Shown here piece by piece: positions 20,046 through 33,369 of a stretch of DNA of 64,000 bases. The first letter of the stretch is position 1. Each line of letters starts with the position of its first letter. The position numbers and the translations under genes are program-made. Source of the DNA: the human T2T-CHM13v2.0 reference genome, Homo sapiens; the NCBI RefSeq assembly GCF_009914755.1, contig NC_060935.1; one strand, written 5' to 3'. The notes under the pieces are model-generated. The model was not told where the DNA came from. It made no database searches and saw only the letters and a list, made by a program, of their open reading frames with translations.

Positions 20046-22399
20046 TCCAGCAGCGGATGGAGGGTGGACAAGATCCCAAAGGAAGAAGTGCTTTGACATA
20101 ATAAGCTGGCTGCCAACTCTGCCTGACATCCTCTCCATTCCCTTTGCAAGTCTTACTGGAGCCATAGCAGCTTCTAGGAGGTGGAAGGAAATCACAGGCT
20201 GAAGGTTTCCACCATTTCTGTAAGGTGGGGAATTCTTTGCCTAAGAGCTATTGTTTGTCTTGTCAGGAAAAAAAATTAAAAAATAAAAGGAAGAGAAACC
20301 AGCATATATAAACATTTTTTAAAGTTCCACGGCACCCAGATTAACGTAAGAAACAAAAAGCTCTCTTGGGCGGCTGCCCTGTGTTAGCCACCCCCAGGCA
20401 ACCCCCTGTAGGCACTGCCCACCAGGGCTGCCTAGGGAATCTCCAGTCTCAGTGAAGAAAAGGATAAAACAACACAAATTCTCTAGGAGCCTCATTATTC
20501 AAACAGTTCCAGAGGCAGTGAGAAGACAGCAGTGACTTTGGGAGAAGCACAATCTTATCTCCAGGGTGAATAGGACCATTTGTTGTTTATGTCCAGGAAA
20601 GCAGGGCAGCACAAAAAGAACGGGAGAACTCACAGGAGAAGGGCACCAGAAGCCAGCAGCTGATCTAAAAATCCTCTGCAGAAACAATGGCTTCTCCCGG
20701 GATGAGCTGCGGCCCCTTCTGAAAACAAAAGCTCTCACTGAGGAAATTGGTCTTTTGTGGTTCTGGCAAGAAGCAATCCAGATAAAGCCTGGCCTGACCC
20801 TCTCCCCTTATGCAAAGGAGACATAGGACTAGTCGGGAAGTGGGGGAAGTTTGGGGGTACTGATCTTCCAGTTCCCCTGAACACTCCACAGAGGCCACTG
20901 CTCTTCTCCCAGGGAGGCTCCAGGGCGTCCTGGTGACCGGCCTCTGAGTCCTCTTTCAGAGTTGCTCTGTGGCCTGTGGTCTGTCCCTTTCTTGTTCCAG
21001 CCAAAACCCAAAGCTGCTGTTGGACTAGAGGCCTCTGAAGTTTTTCTGACAATTTTTGAACTTGGGCTAAAAATAAAAACTGGTCTGGGACTTTGAAGCA
21101 GGCCCAAGCTTTGCCCTTACTCTTGAACCCTGCCAGCAAAAGCCCACAAATTTCAAAGCACGCACAGTTGGACAGGGAGCGGGCTGCCAGTCAGCAGCTG
21201 CCCCTCCTGCCAGATCACCATGGGTCCCTCGGATGGCCCCCAGGTCCCCTTCATTCTCTGGGGCCTGAGCTAGGGATGCAATTGAAGCTGACAACAGAGA
21301 CTTGTTTTTCTTGGCAGCTCCCAGATTTGTATTTAGGAGGGACTTGGGAGGGGTAATTTGGTGGAAAAGGGTCCTGGGGGAACCTCGTCTTGAGCATGTG
21401 TTTGCATAGCAGGGGAGTGGTTTTTGTTCAGATTGCAGGTTTAATTGGGGTGGTCTGTAGGAGGGTGGTGGGGGTGGAGGTACTAGAGCCTCTTCAAGCA
21501 ACCCTTATGCAGTGGTTTCCTTTAATGAGCACTTCAGTGGCATGAGAGAGGGATAACACCCAGGATCAGAGCAGAATTAACTCTACCCACAGTCTCGGGG
21601 GCAGGGGGAGCCAGGCTATTCTTAAGGCTTCCGCTGGAAAGCGCTCAAGTACCTGCAGCATAAGACACCCTAGGCCAGCCTTGGAGAGGGGAGGTGGAAT
21701 CATTCCTTAGAGGAGCTATCTGAGGATTCCTCTGCAGTGCTGATGTGGGAGAGGAAGCCACAATGGGGACGGCAGCTCATGTGTGTGTCCTTCCTGTGCA
21801 AACAAGACAGTGACCAGGCTTAATCAGTGTTTGTTAATAGCAATAACCGACCTGTATCTTGTTCTGGAGCTAACCAAATGCTTCCATATACCTTCTCTTA
21901 TATAGTCCTCCAAACAAGAATATAAAGTATTCATAATATTAATAAAAACTAAATTTTGTTGAGTGCCTTCTATGTGCCAGGCAAAGTGCTCAGTGCTTTA
22001 CACAACAGGGAGCTTTTTGCATAGAGGTCTACAGATCTCCCACAGAGGTAGAATGAAAATTTGGGGTCTCTGTGGACTGTTGAAATTCCAGGAATGATTT
22101 TGCATGTAGGCATGAAGGAGCTCGTTCCTGAAGTGAAAGGCTGTGACTTTCATCCAGTCCTTAAAGGCATTTAGAAACTACGAAACGTTTTTTTTAAAAA
22201 AAAACTACTTTAAAAGTAGAATTTCATTTTCTAGATTGTTTTGATATCAGGGTTATTCTTCACTCCAGCAGGTCTGGATACCTTATTCCTGTTCTCATAT
22301 TGCACCTAATAGATACCTTCATTGGAGCAATTATAAAACTCTATTGTATTGTAAAGGACTCTTAAAATTATTTCCCCCTCATTCATCAGATTATAAACT

Positions 22400-23100
22400 C
22401 TTTGAAGACAGGTATTAAGCTTTATTTGCAATTGCATGCACGAACGAACAAATTTAAGTCTTCCTATGGTGAAACTGATCCTATTTAAGTGCTTGAGTGT
22501 GTAAGAGAGAGTGTGTGTGTGCTTGGGGAAGGTGGGCCTCGCTGAGGTAGTGGTGAGAAGGTGGCTGTGTGGAGAGATTCGGGGCTGGTTTGCAGGAAAG
22601 CAGAGACAGCGAGTGGCGGGCGCAGAGCCAAGGGAAGCCATGTCCTCGCATCCTGGTGGCACGCAGGTTTGGCTCAGGACCGGAACATCTCCTGCATGCC
22701 TCTCCCTGCCAGCGCCCCTGTGCCTCCACTTTCCATGGCATCTATTAATGATAAAAGTCCCCGTGGTTTATAATTACCAGTTTGACAAGTTCAGGAGTTC
22801 TCTGTTAATTATTATAATTAGCTTTCACTCAGCGAGGCTTCGGGAGTTTAACAACAATATTAACAACGAGAGGACGATGATCAGGAATTGACTACAAAGA
22901 ATTGACTGGAAAGACTTCCTTCTGCTGTCAGGGAAACTTATTAATGAAGGCAAAACCTGCACAGTGGCTCCCCTCCCTGTTTCTGCCTGAACTCGGCGAT
23001 TGGTTCTAAATTTGCCTTGGGGAATTGAAAACAACTGTTGCGGCTAGCGCTTGCAAACCCCAAGCTTAAAATCAACCAGGGAAGAAAGAAGCAGCCACTA
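22400..23100. promoter_or_regulatory. Putative enhancer / conserved non-coding element
   Basis: Non-repetitive, retains CpGs, dense homeodomain, SOX and TALE motifs (TTTATAATTA, TTAATTATTATAATTA, AACAAT, TGTCA). Function is inferred; conservation not checked. Confidence 0.5.
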
Positions 23101-23329
23101 AACGGACAGCTGTGGGTCCTCCTTGACCAGAAATTGGGTGGAGGCAGCAGCCAGGGAAGAAAACACGAACCAAAGTTGCCAGCCATGGCCCCATACCTGG
23201 TTCTTAGGGAGTGAAGCCATGCACAAGGTGTTAGGAGCAGGAAAGAGGCAAAGGAGGCCTGGGCCGTCACTGGGAGCAGCCAGCAAATGCACCGATTGCA
23301 AGGCAGATTGCGACTGCTTTCTGCCCACC

Positions 23330-24060
23330 TCTCAATGCTGTCATTCCCTTGGTTGTTCCCTGCCTGATGGCCCTCTACATCTCTCACCTGAGCACTGCTG
23401 GACCTCCCTGGACTCTTGGCCTCCATTCCCTTTTCCAACTCCACTCCAAACTCACAGACCTGCGAGATTACCCTTCCTGAGGGCCAGCTCTGATGACCTC
23501 ACCCCTCCCCTCAAAACCCTTCAACGGTTCCCCATTGCTTATGGCATACAATTCAGAGTCCCCATTTTGGCACCCAAGGCCACTCAGTCTGGGCCCCAAC
23601 TTGTCTTTCCAATATTGTCTTCTACTAATCATTCTTTCAGTCCTTCACTCAGATGATAAATATGTGCCAGACATTGTTTCAGATGTTACTGCATCTGCAG
23701 TCAACAAGACAGACAAGCTCCCTGCCTTCCAGGGGCTTTAACTCTAGCGGAAGAAATCAGAAAATGGACCCATAGGTTAATACATAATATCATCAGAGAA
23801 GACGATGAGTTCTCCATGGTCATGATATCCCAAAACATGCCAAAGGCACAGAGAATGACAAACAAGGCTTTCTAGGAGGTGGCCCAAGGCAAGCACTGCA
23901 GGATGAGGTGCCAGGCTCCTGAAGAGCGTTCTAATCAGAAGGAATGGCAAGTACAGCATCCCTTGGCAGGCAGCCGATAATGTGAGGTAGAGAAGGAAGG
24001 CTGGGGGACTTGAACTAGGGCAAAGTGATCAGAGAGGCTGGCAGGGCAGATTATGGAGAT
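23330..24060. mobile_element. L2 fragments (+ strand ~23330-23620, - strand ~23630-24060)
   Basis: cccctcaaaacccttcaacggttccccattgc; atgtgccagacattgtt...aacaagacagacaagctccctgccttcc. Confidence 0.65.
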
Positions 24061-24329
24061 GCACAGGGAAATAAGGTATCAGGTGACTGCTATATTCTGA
24101 ACTCCTCCCTTGCTACTGCTCTTCTGCATTCTTGCAACTCTGCCAGCCTGCTCATATTCCCACAGACAGGAGGCTGAGGTTGTTCTCTGGAGAAGAAGAT
24201 CACAGAAAAAAGACTTCAAGGTGTGGACATTGGGGGATCCCCAAGGACATGGCTGGGCCCTGCTCTATAGGCTATTGGGTCCCAACAGTTGATAAGCCCT
24301 TACAGGGAATTTCCCGTAAGGCTTTTACA

Positions 24330-24710
24330 CCTCATGCTGAAGGGCCACCCAAGATCACCAGACACTTAGAGAAACCCTAAAAGCAATGCCCAAATTATCA
24401 GGGAAAAAAAATTGAGAGGAAAAGAAAGCAACCCAGGAAGCAGAAGAAAAACGTGAGAAGAAATAAATCCCCATAAAATATGTGGAAAGAAACAAGAACA
24501 GGATGTTATCATTATTATCAATCAATCATTTTTAAGGAACAATGAGAAAATAAGAAAGAGCTCTTGGAAATTAAAGCTATAGTGGCTAACATTTTTTAAA
24601 AAATCAATGGAAGATTTGTAAGACAAAGGGAAGTAAATCTCCCAAAAACTGAAAACAAAACAATGAAAAATTATCTGATGGGAAATGGAAGGGAAAGGAC
24701 AAACATATGA
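24330..24710 (+). mobile_element. HAL1 / old L1 ORF1-like A-rich fragment
   Basis: aagaaagagctcttggaaattaaa...aatcaatggaagatttgtaagacaaagggaagtaaatctccca resembles HAL1. Confidence 0.6.
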
Positions 24711-24749
24711 AGTAAGTAAGTTACTGTGTTTTATTGAATCAATGAAATA

Positions 24750-24900
24750 ATAGTACGTGATAGCTGCAAGTCTTTTTCTATTTTAATGTGGAGAAAACTG
24801 AGGCTCCAGGGAGCTTAAGTAATCTTCCCAACATCATGCATAGTGTAATAGCAAAGCCAGAGTTTGAACCCACGTCCGGATGACTCCAAAGCCATGTTGT
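24750..24900 (-). mobile_element. MIR SINE
   Basis: gagaaaactgaggctcc...gccagagtttgaaccca...gactccaaagcc. Confidence 0.75.
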
Positions 24901-25814
24901 TTCTGCTCAGTTGTGCCCCAAGAAAAGCAGGCTCAGCCTAGCTTTGCTGGAAGATGCAGAGTGGGAGGGAGCTGAGAACGCAGGTTCATTTGAGAGCATC
25001 ATATTTTCACCTTCACTGCACATGAGTGAGTATAACGCACATGCTTTCCATCTTCAAAAGCTTTCTGTGATTATATACAAAAGAGAACGCACATGGCTTC
25101 AATATAGGGTTCTTTTCTCTCCTAGTCTGGAACTGGCCTGAAATCCCAGTAATTCTTTATACTGGGATTTTATCTGATAAAGTCATAAGCATTCAAAACA
25201 TAAAGCTGCCCTTTTATCGGACTTAGTGGAGCATTTTCATAAAGTGTCAGTGGGATTGAGGAGACGGTTGTACATCAGACCATTCATCCTGGTGGATTAA
25301 ATCATGACATATATTTCAAGTCGGGGAAAATGTAGTGTCAGAGGAAACATAAGCAATAACAACTGGGACTGGCAGAACTGCTGATGAATGGGCCTATTCT
25401 CAGCTGCTGGTCATAGACAGTGGAAGGAAAGAGACAGGAACCCCAGAAGACTGGCTCTTGTTCCCTGGGAAAGAGGAGAAAAGAAGAGAAAGATTAGGGG
25501 ACAGTGACTTCCTGTGGATCAAATTAGGCCTATCGGAATAGAGGTGAGGTTCTACAGCCCACAAAATATTCCCTCTCTTCCAACCTCACTCTCTTCCTTC
25601 CAGGAGACAGAAGACAAAGGTCAAACCTATCACCTTGATTATTGGTAAGGGTTACTTTGAGGATATGACTTCAATAAATATGCGATAACAATGGGCCTCC
25701 AGATATTGCTTGAATCAGAGAGGTTTGATCGTAGGTGTCAGGCATCAACTCTTCCCTGTCAGCTCCCAAGGCAGAGACTTTCCCCACTATGCTTTTATGA
25801 GGGTTGAAAGCAGA

Positions 25815-26900
25815 ACAGAGAATGCATTGGTCAGAACAATTCATATTTGTGTTCTGCCAGATGATTCAGAAGATAGTGCCTTTTCTCGGGAGTTGTGGGG
25901 AGACTGTTCTTAACACCTGAGAACACTTACCTTCTAAAGTTCTGTGGCACCCAGATTAGCATTTCGCACATGGTAGAACTTCAACGAGTGCTTTTTAGAT
26001 GGATGGGTGGATGGATGGATGGATGGATAAATGGATAGATGGATAAATGGATGGATGGATACATGGATGGATGGGTGAATGGATGGATGGATGGATAGGT
26101 GGATAAGTGGGTGGATGAATAGATGGACGGATGGACAGATGAACAAAGAGATGGATGAATGGGAAGAAGGAAAGAAAGATGAAATGATAAATAGACAAGC
26201 AGTGACTTGGTAAGTCGAATGATGGATATGTGAATGGACAAATTGAGGAATTATAGAAGAATCATAGTGATTAAAATAATAAAGCTATAAAGAGGAAATC
26301 ATAAGATGAATGGAAAAATTACATATAAAATGTAGTTTCATTTTCGATGATTTTTTGAGTCTGACATTGTAACATTGTCTTCCTACAGACAGATTATATA
26401 ATCACACCATGTCTCCCCATGACACACTCCATGGTTACCAACACTTCCTTACCCCAAACTCCTCTACTCTCTTCCCTCTACCTCCTTCAATTTTTTAGAT
26501 GAAACTTGAGTTTTCATTCAATCAGACCCACTAATGCTATGTGACACTGGGCATGTCACATCAGCCCCTATAGCCCTAGTAACTTTGCCTGGATAAATGA
26601 GAGGGTTGATTCAGGTAATGCTTGGAGACCCTGTTATGCTGGGATCATTGTCCTCATTATTTTTAAAATGTGAAGAAATATCAGATGGTTATATAGCACA
26701 AGAATGATATTTTGGGACTATCTAACATTTCCAGTTTGGGAACCAATGAAATAACCTGTATTTTTTATACATCTGAGGACATGGCTCCTTTTCTTCTCAT
26801 GTGAGAGAGAGATAGAAGGTTAGAAAGAAGTATGGGGGAAGACTAACCTCTTGGTGCTGGCCATAGGACCGTTGCACCCAGCTTTCTTGAGCTGGCAAAC
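25815..26900 (+). repeat. Left arm of a ~1.1 kb inverted duplication; contains (GGAT)n ~25997-26160
   Basis: Reverse complement of ~29605-30680; perfect matches 26371-26403/30093-30125 and 26424-26454/30042-30072. Confidence 0.95.
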
Positions 26901-29604
26901 TCATTGAAAATAGGAAGGAAGTAAGAGGAGCTGAGCTCCACAGAGCTAGTTCCTCCCCTAAAATCACCAAGTGGATAAGCAGCTAATCCTCTCTGGGGAA
27001 GAGTGGGTGAGAATGGAGAGGGGCCAGGTGTGTTCGGCTAAGTAACACTCCTCCACTGGGAGGAATCATGAGGAGTGGGGTCTATGCTCTCTTTAGATCA
27101 CAAGCAAATGCTGGCATACAGTAGGTTTTGTGGGGTAGGGATGGCACTTATGGAGTACCAGGGAGATAATCCCTTTGCAGAGTGTGAGAGAGAATGGCAT
27201 GTTCGTTTTCTTTTTGTCCTCTTTGTATAGTATGTTTTGATAAGCATTTGGCTACTTCGAAGTGATTCATTTCTAGTTTTTCTTACTAGTTGGGAATCTT
27301 GTGGTCTGGAGATATCACTATGCCACCCCCAGCAATGCACTTCATCTTCTTGGGTTTCAGTTGGTCTGTCTGTGAGCTGGGCATAATACCAACAGCCTTA
27401 TTCACCTTACAGGGTTGCTGCAGGGATCAAAATGCAACATGGTAGGTTAAAAAGAAATCACAAGTGCTAAATATCACAGAGGATTGTTCCCATGACTCCC
27501 AGTATGGCAACTATTCAACCCTAAGGCCCTTTCCTTCCATGGGCTGTCCTCCTGATCCCTCTCCCCATAGGGCACCTCCTTGCCTCTGACCCACAGAGAT
27601 GCTCGGGAGAGAACTTCCATGGCCAGAATTCTGCCCTCTTCTGTGTTTCTGCCCCTACCCCTATCTCTTAGTACCTGTGCCCAGCCACAACCAAAAAGAA
27701 AGAAAAGAAAAGAAGATAGATATTTAAAAAATCTCTACACCTTTTGCTCAGAAATGGCACTGCCGGGGAGGTCTTAAGACATAGTGATTAACTTTCTCCG
27801 AAAGCCAGTGCACCTGGGAATACACAGCGAGACACAATAAGCCGAGCAAATATTAGACAAATATCACTTTTCTGCATTGCCCACTTTGCTGGAGATGAAT
27901 GGATTGACTTTTCAAACACTACAAGAGCGAACCAGCCAGCCTGGATTCAAGATCAACATCACTTGCCTTTTTTTCCTTTGTACCCCTCCCTCCTTTTCTA
28001 ATTTCTAGAGTAAATGTATACAAAATATTTATCTAAAATAGAGGCACTCAGGAAAGCAAGCTGTGCAAATAATTAGCGATCTGCAGCCCTTGTGTGCCTA
28101 ACATGGGTGACTCCAGTCTCTATTTTTCGGCGGCCAGGCACTCATGTTGACCCCACCTTGCCTTGCAACCCAGGAATACTTGGGGAAGCCTCACTTGGCT
28201 CAAAGCTGATGTTCTCTGGAGCTCTTCTCCTCCTCCAGTGAGTGATGGGTTGGAGGGGCAATGGCATGGTGCTGTGCATTGACAGGACCTCTAGAGGCAT
28301 AGAGACACATATTCTCTCAAGAAAGAGCTAGGCATCTGTAAGTGGGCTTAGGTTAGATTTGAGAAAACATGTTAGAGTGGGTCCTGTTTGAATGTGAAAT
28401 AAAGGGAATAAAGAAGGCTATGGAATTGCTGCCTAAGGTGCAACAGGAACACGCAGAGTGGAAGGGTTGTAGGTCAGGTGATGCCTGTGAATGAAAGGAA
28501 GATTGTCTTGAGGCAGAAAGATGCTTGAGGTGACCTTTCAGTGTTCCTGCCTGCTGGAACCAGAATCCTAAGGAGCCAATGCTGGATGGTAGCTCTGAGG
28601 TCATGGCGCTTTATCAGTAGTTGAGGGAATGAGGTCTGACAGGGTGGAGGGGCTTTCCCGATGTCATACAGTAAGGCAGTGGCAAAGATGAGATTGCAGG
28701 CTTACCCTGAGCCGTAGCCTGCCTAGCTGGGACTTCATCTCCTATGCCTTCTTTTGTGCTTAGCTGTCTCTGAGTCCCTGGCACAGGCTGGCCATGTGCT
28801 GAACAGACTGGTCTCCTGGGTCATGAACTACTCATTCTCTCACTTGGAGCATCACTGTGGCCCTGACCCCCTGACTGATGCCCTACCTCACGGCGTGATG
28901 TCACTGTATGCATTACACATTGCATACATTACACATCTCTGCATGGGCTGAGATGCTAGCTCATTCCATATTGTCACTCAGTGCCCCCAGTATTGGTCTT
29001 ACACAGTCTCAGCTTCTTTTCTTTACCCACTGCCTAAGGCAAAGGTCTTGGCATGCCTTTCTGATGAGTCTGTTTGCATTAGGGTAAAATTGGTGAAAGT
29101 AGGATTTTTCTCATTGCTCCAGGCCCCAACTGATGGTGGTCACCAGGATGTGACATTCTCATTTTTCTTGCAGGAGGAAGAAAGATTGTTATCTTCTCTC
29201 TAGAAGAGGGAATGACAGGAAAGCTGCAGCAGCCAGGGTTGGAAGACAGACTGTGGTTTGTCATCATTAGAAAAATTAAAGTATACAGACAGAAATGTGG
29301 TTTTGCTTCATAACTGTATCCTGTCAACTAAATATTTCATTTAGACCTAATGCCTGAGCCAAATGAGAATCTCGAGCAAAACTGCACTATTAGAATACAC
29401 TTAATTATTGATTCAGCCAGGCAAAAAATAAAAAATAAAGAAACCGGGCGGTACTCTAATTCCTCTTATCAAGCATCTCGAGTGCTAATATGCACTTGAA
29501 CAGCTGCTATTATCCTGGGGAGCCCACTGCCTTCAGCTGCAAAATGTACAACTTTACACCAGCCACATGGAGCCAGAGTGGAAGCAATGACTGAAACACA
29601 TCCT

Positions 29605-30680
29605 CTTTCCAGCTCAGGGAGGCTGGGAGCAGAGGTCCTGTAGCCAGCACCGTGAGGAAAGCCTCTCCCCATACTTCTTTCTAACCCCCTATCTCTCTCT
29701 CACATGAGAAGAAACGGAGACATTTCATCATGTATATAGAAAGTAGCAGATTATTTTATTGGCTCCCAATCCGGAAATTTTGAATATTCTCAAAATATCA
29801 TTCTTGTGCTATCTGCCATATTTCTTCATGTTTTAAAAATAAGGATGATGATCCAAGCACTAGGTTCTCCAGGCATTATCTGAATCAACTCTCTCATTTA
29901 TCCGGACAGTTACTAAGGCTCTAGGGGCTGATGTGACGTGCTTACAGTCACATAGCATTAGTGGGTCTGATTGAATTAAAACTAAAGTTTAATCTAAACA
30001 AATTGGAAGAGAAAGAGGAGGGAAGAGAGTAGAGGAGTTTTGGGTAAGGAAGTGTTGGTAACCATGGAGTGTATAGTGGGGACATGTGGAGCGATTATAT
30101 AATCTGTCTGTAGGAAGACAATGTTAGAATGTCAGACTCACAAAATTATTGAAAATGCAACTCTGTTTTATTTGTAATTTTTTTCTACTTATATGATTTC
30201 CCCTTTATAGCTTTATTACTTTAACCACCATGATTCATCTATAATTGCTCAATTTATCCATTCATCTATCCATCATTTCACTCACCAGGCCACTGTTCCA
30301 CTTGTCTATTTATCATTTCATCTTTCTTTCCTTCCTCCCATTCATACAACTGTTCATCTATCCATCTGTTCATATATTCATCCATCTATTCATCCATCTG
30401 TCCATCCATTCTTCCATCCATCCATTCATCCACCACTCATTTATCCATCCATCCACCCATTCACTTATCCATCCATCCATCCATCCATAATTCACCTATC
30501 CAGGAAGCACTCATTGAGGTCCTACCAGGTGTAAGGTGCAGTAAGGTAAGTGTTCGCAAGTGAAATGACTGTGTTGCATTAAGACAGTCTTCCCACAAGC
30601 TCTTGAGGAAAAGTACTGTCTTCTGAGTCACCTGACAGAATCAAAATATAAACTTTTCTGACCAATGTGTGCTCAGTGAG
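29605..30680 (-). repeat. Right arm of the inverted duplication; contains (ATCC)n ~30340-30500
   Basis: Collinear reverse-complement homology to 25815-26900 along the whole arm. Confidence 0.95.
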
Positions 30681-32176
30681 GCATTTATCATCAAAATTAA
30701 GGAAGTTTCCTTAACTTTCTGCAGACAGAGGTGATAGCATTAGCAGATTGGGAGAAGCCTTTAGAGGCCATCTTGTCCCCACCTCCACTCTCAAGGTAGT
30801 CCTTGAACTAGATCCTACTATCTTGTCAAAATTTGTTCCCACAAATGATGCTGATTGATTTATGGCTCTCTTTTGGATGACTAATCATGCAAATTTCCCC
30901 AGGACTGAGGAGATGCCCCAGCAAATTGGGATGAGTTAGTCACCTTACTGCCTTTGTTTGCACAGCTCCTTCTACCTGGATTGTAATTTTCTTGCTTCTG
31001 TCTGTGTAACTCCCGCTTAGTTCAAGTCCTACTGCTTCTACAAAGATTTACCTAGATATTTTTCCTTCTTTAAAATTTCATTGCAATTAGAGTCACTGCC
31101 AGATCACTACTGTGTGTACAGTGACGTTGTGTGAGTCTATTGTCTTTATTAGCTTATGTGCATTACTCTGGAAGCTCTAACAACATTGGAAACTTCTTGA
31201 GGGCAGAGACAGTGTCTAACTCTTGCCTCATGTTGTGTTTACTACATCTCTTACAAACAGAAGGTTCTCCACTCCATCTAACCTGATTCCCTCATGCTGA
31301 ATTTTAAAGCGTGTATTTATTTCACACTCTTCTCTCAGAAAAGATAGACAGGAAGTCATGTTCCTACCAGTACTAGACTAGTTCTCTAAAACATGAAACC
31401 AATGACTAAAATCACTCCCAGCCTTTTCTCTCTCTGTCTCTCTCTCTCTCTTTCTATCTCCCTCTCCTCTCTCTTCCCAATGAGGATCTTCCCTTTGGTC
31501 TATCCTGCAAGGCACCATTTCTCTTTTCTATTATCCCTTTCTTTTCTTTCCATTATTCTTCAAATGCAGAGTCCAGACTGGACACGGTGTCTAAAGGGAG
31601 TCTGGCCATACTTGACATCCATGTCTGCCTTGAGAGTGTGGTGGCCGCTGCAAGCCTGGGAGGCCCATTGGCCAGGTTCTGACAAGCTGTATCACACCGT
31701 CCTGTATCCACAGGAAGAGGCCTGGGAGGTCTAGGAGGCAGCATTCTATCTTTCAGAAGGAATGGTGAGCAAGGGCCCAGCTTTTCTTTGGAAATCCCTA
31801 CCTCCTGTCACCAGCAGGGCCTGTGATCACTGGCCTTGCCCTGACACCTTGGCTGCCTGGGGGAGTGCTGCAGCTTCTTTGTGCACTGATGTAAAAGAAA
31901 ATGCCCGCAGAGGCCTGAGGGATGCACAAAGCAACCAACAGTTTGTGGTGTTAAGGAAAACAACATTGGAGACGCAGAGGATGGGAAATAGGAAATCGAT
32001 GGCAAGTGAAGACTGGACAGAGCAATTAGGACTGGCAGCCTGGCTCTTGCCTGTGGCTTGTTGGTCAGTATGAGCTGTGGCCTGAATTAGTGTTCACCTG
32101 AAAAATAGCATGTCCCTGAGCCCCCTCCCACTTCCAAACCATGGGAAATCTATGGAGACAGTGAGGGTTATGGAGG

Positions 32177-32733
32177 TACGGCAGATCAACTGCAAATATG
32201 TGCTGCAATTATTTTTTGCCTTCCTGTATCCATATACCTTGCACTGTGACTTTGCTGACCCTCCTAGCATGAGGAAGAGTTTGCTTTTCTATCCCTTAAA
32301 TCTGGAATGATGTGTTTTTAACTTGCTTTGGCTAATAAAATGCAGCAGAAGTGATAGTGTGTCAGCTAAGAACCAAGAAACCAAGAATCCAAGAGCTCCT
32401 GTGTACTTCTGTGTCTTGGAGAAGGCATTGCCATGTGAAAGCCTGAGCTAGCCTACTGGGTGATAAGAGATGAATGGCCCAGTCACTCTGTTGCCACAGC
32501 CAGTAGCTAATGATCAGGTACAGGAATGATGCATTTTAGAGCAGCCAGCCCCCAGCCAATCCACCAGCAGACAACAATCATACCCTTGAGCCCAGTCAAG
32601 ATCAGCTATGCCTGGCCCAAGTCAGTGGAACCACCCAAAAGGCTTACAGGCTTGTGAACAATAATACGTGTCCATTGCTTTAAGCTGTTGAGTTTTAGGA
32701 TAGCTTGCTATGCAGTAATTGTTAACTAATGCA
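32177..32733 (+). mobile_element. MaLR solo LTR (MLT1F/G/H-like)
   Basis: ttcctgtatcca...tgtgactttgctg...ttgctttggctaataaaatgcagcagaagtga; MLT1 3' end tttaagctgttgagttttaggatagcttgctatgcagtaattgttaactaatgca. Confidence 0.8.
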
Positions 32734-33164
32734 GAGACTGAAATGGTGGAGGGAAGTCATGTTGCCTGCCAGAGCTCGAGGGTGTTGGGATGAATCCAGT
32801 TCATCATTTATTGCACACAGGACTCTACATGATCTGGACTTCTCTTATCTCTTTGGTTTCACATATTGCCATGGGTACAAACATCCCCGCCCACCCTACC
32901 CCTTCCCCCAAAACTACCAAGTTCTAACCTTACTGAGCTCCTTGTACAGTTTGAACTCTTGCTTTGACTTCTGCTTTTCCTCTTCTGAGGACATTGTCCC
33001 ATATCTCCTTTCCCATTGCTTGGCTAACTTCTACTCAATCCCCAGGCTTTCAGTTTAGCTGTCACTCCCATCTACCGTTACCTCATCTCTGTTCTTTAGT
33101 TCTCTTTATTTATGCCTCTTGACACTTACCACATTATATTGAGGTCGAATATCCCTCCAAGGGT

Positions 33165-33292
33165 CATGTTCTCTGGCTCAAAAAATACTGATGGCTGGGT
33201 CTTAACTGGACAATGAAATCCTGGGGTTGGATGTCCACAGGTCTTAAGGCACACAGATGATTCTTCTGTGCAGTCAGGAGTGAACCACTTCA
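33165..33292. mobile_element. MER5A-like hAT-Charlie DNA transposon fragment
   Basis: cagatgattcttctgtgcagtcaggagtgaaccact resembles the MER5 terminus. Confidence 0.5.
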
Positions 33293-33318
33293 GGTCAAGT
33301 CTATCTGGGCAGAAATGG

Positions 33319-33319
<1 letters not shown>

Positions 33320-33366
<47 letters not shown>
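33320..33366. repeat. Perfect (TG)~23 microsatellite
   Basis: Visible. Confidence 0.98.

Positions 33367-33369
<3 letters not shown>

Noticed and set aside
20499-23656. Overlapping 80-177 aa ORFs in GC-richer unique DNA
   Set aside because: No recognisable domain, present in several frames on both strands, partly L2-derived; consistent with chance
25934-30490. His/Pro/Ser/Ile-rich ORFs (25934-26241 minus, 30245-30490 plus)
   Set aside because: They are translations of the (ATCC)n microsatellites
25997-30500. Explaining the inverted repeat as two independent GGAT microsatellites or MIRs
   Set aside because: Homology continues collinearly through several hundred bases of non-repetitive flank
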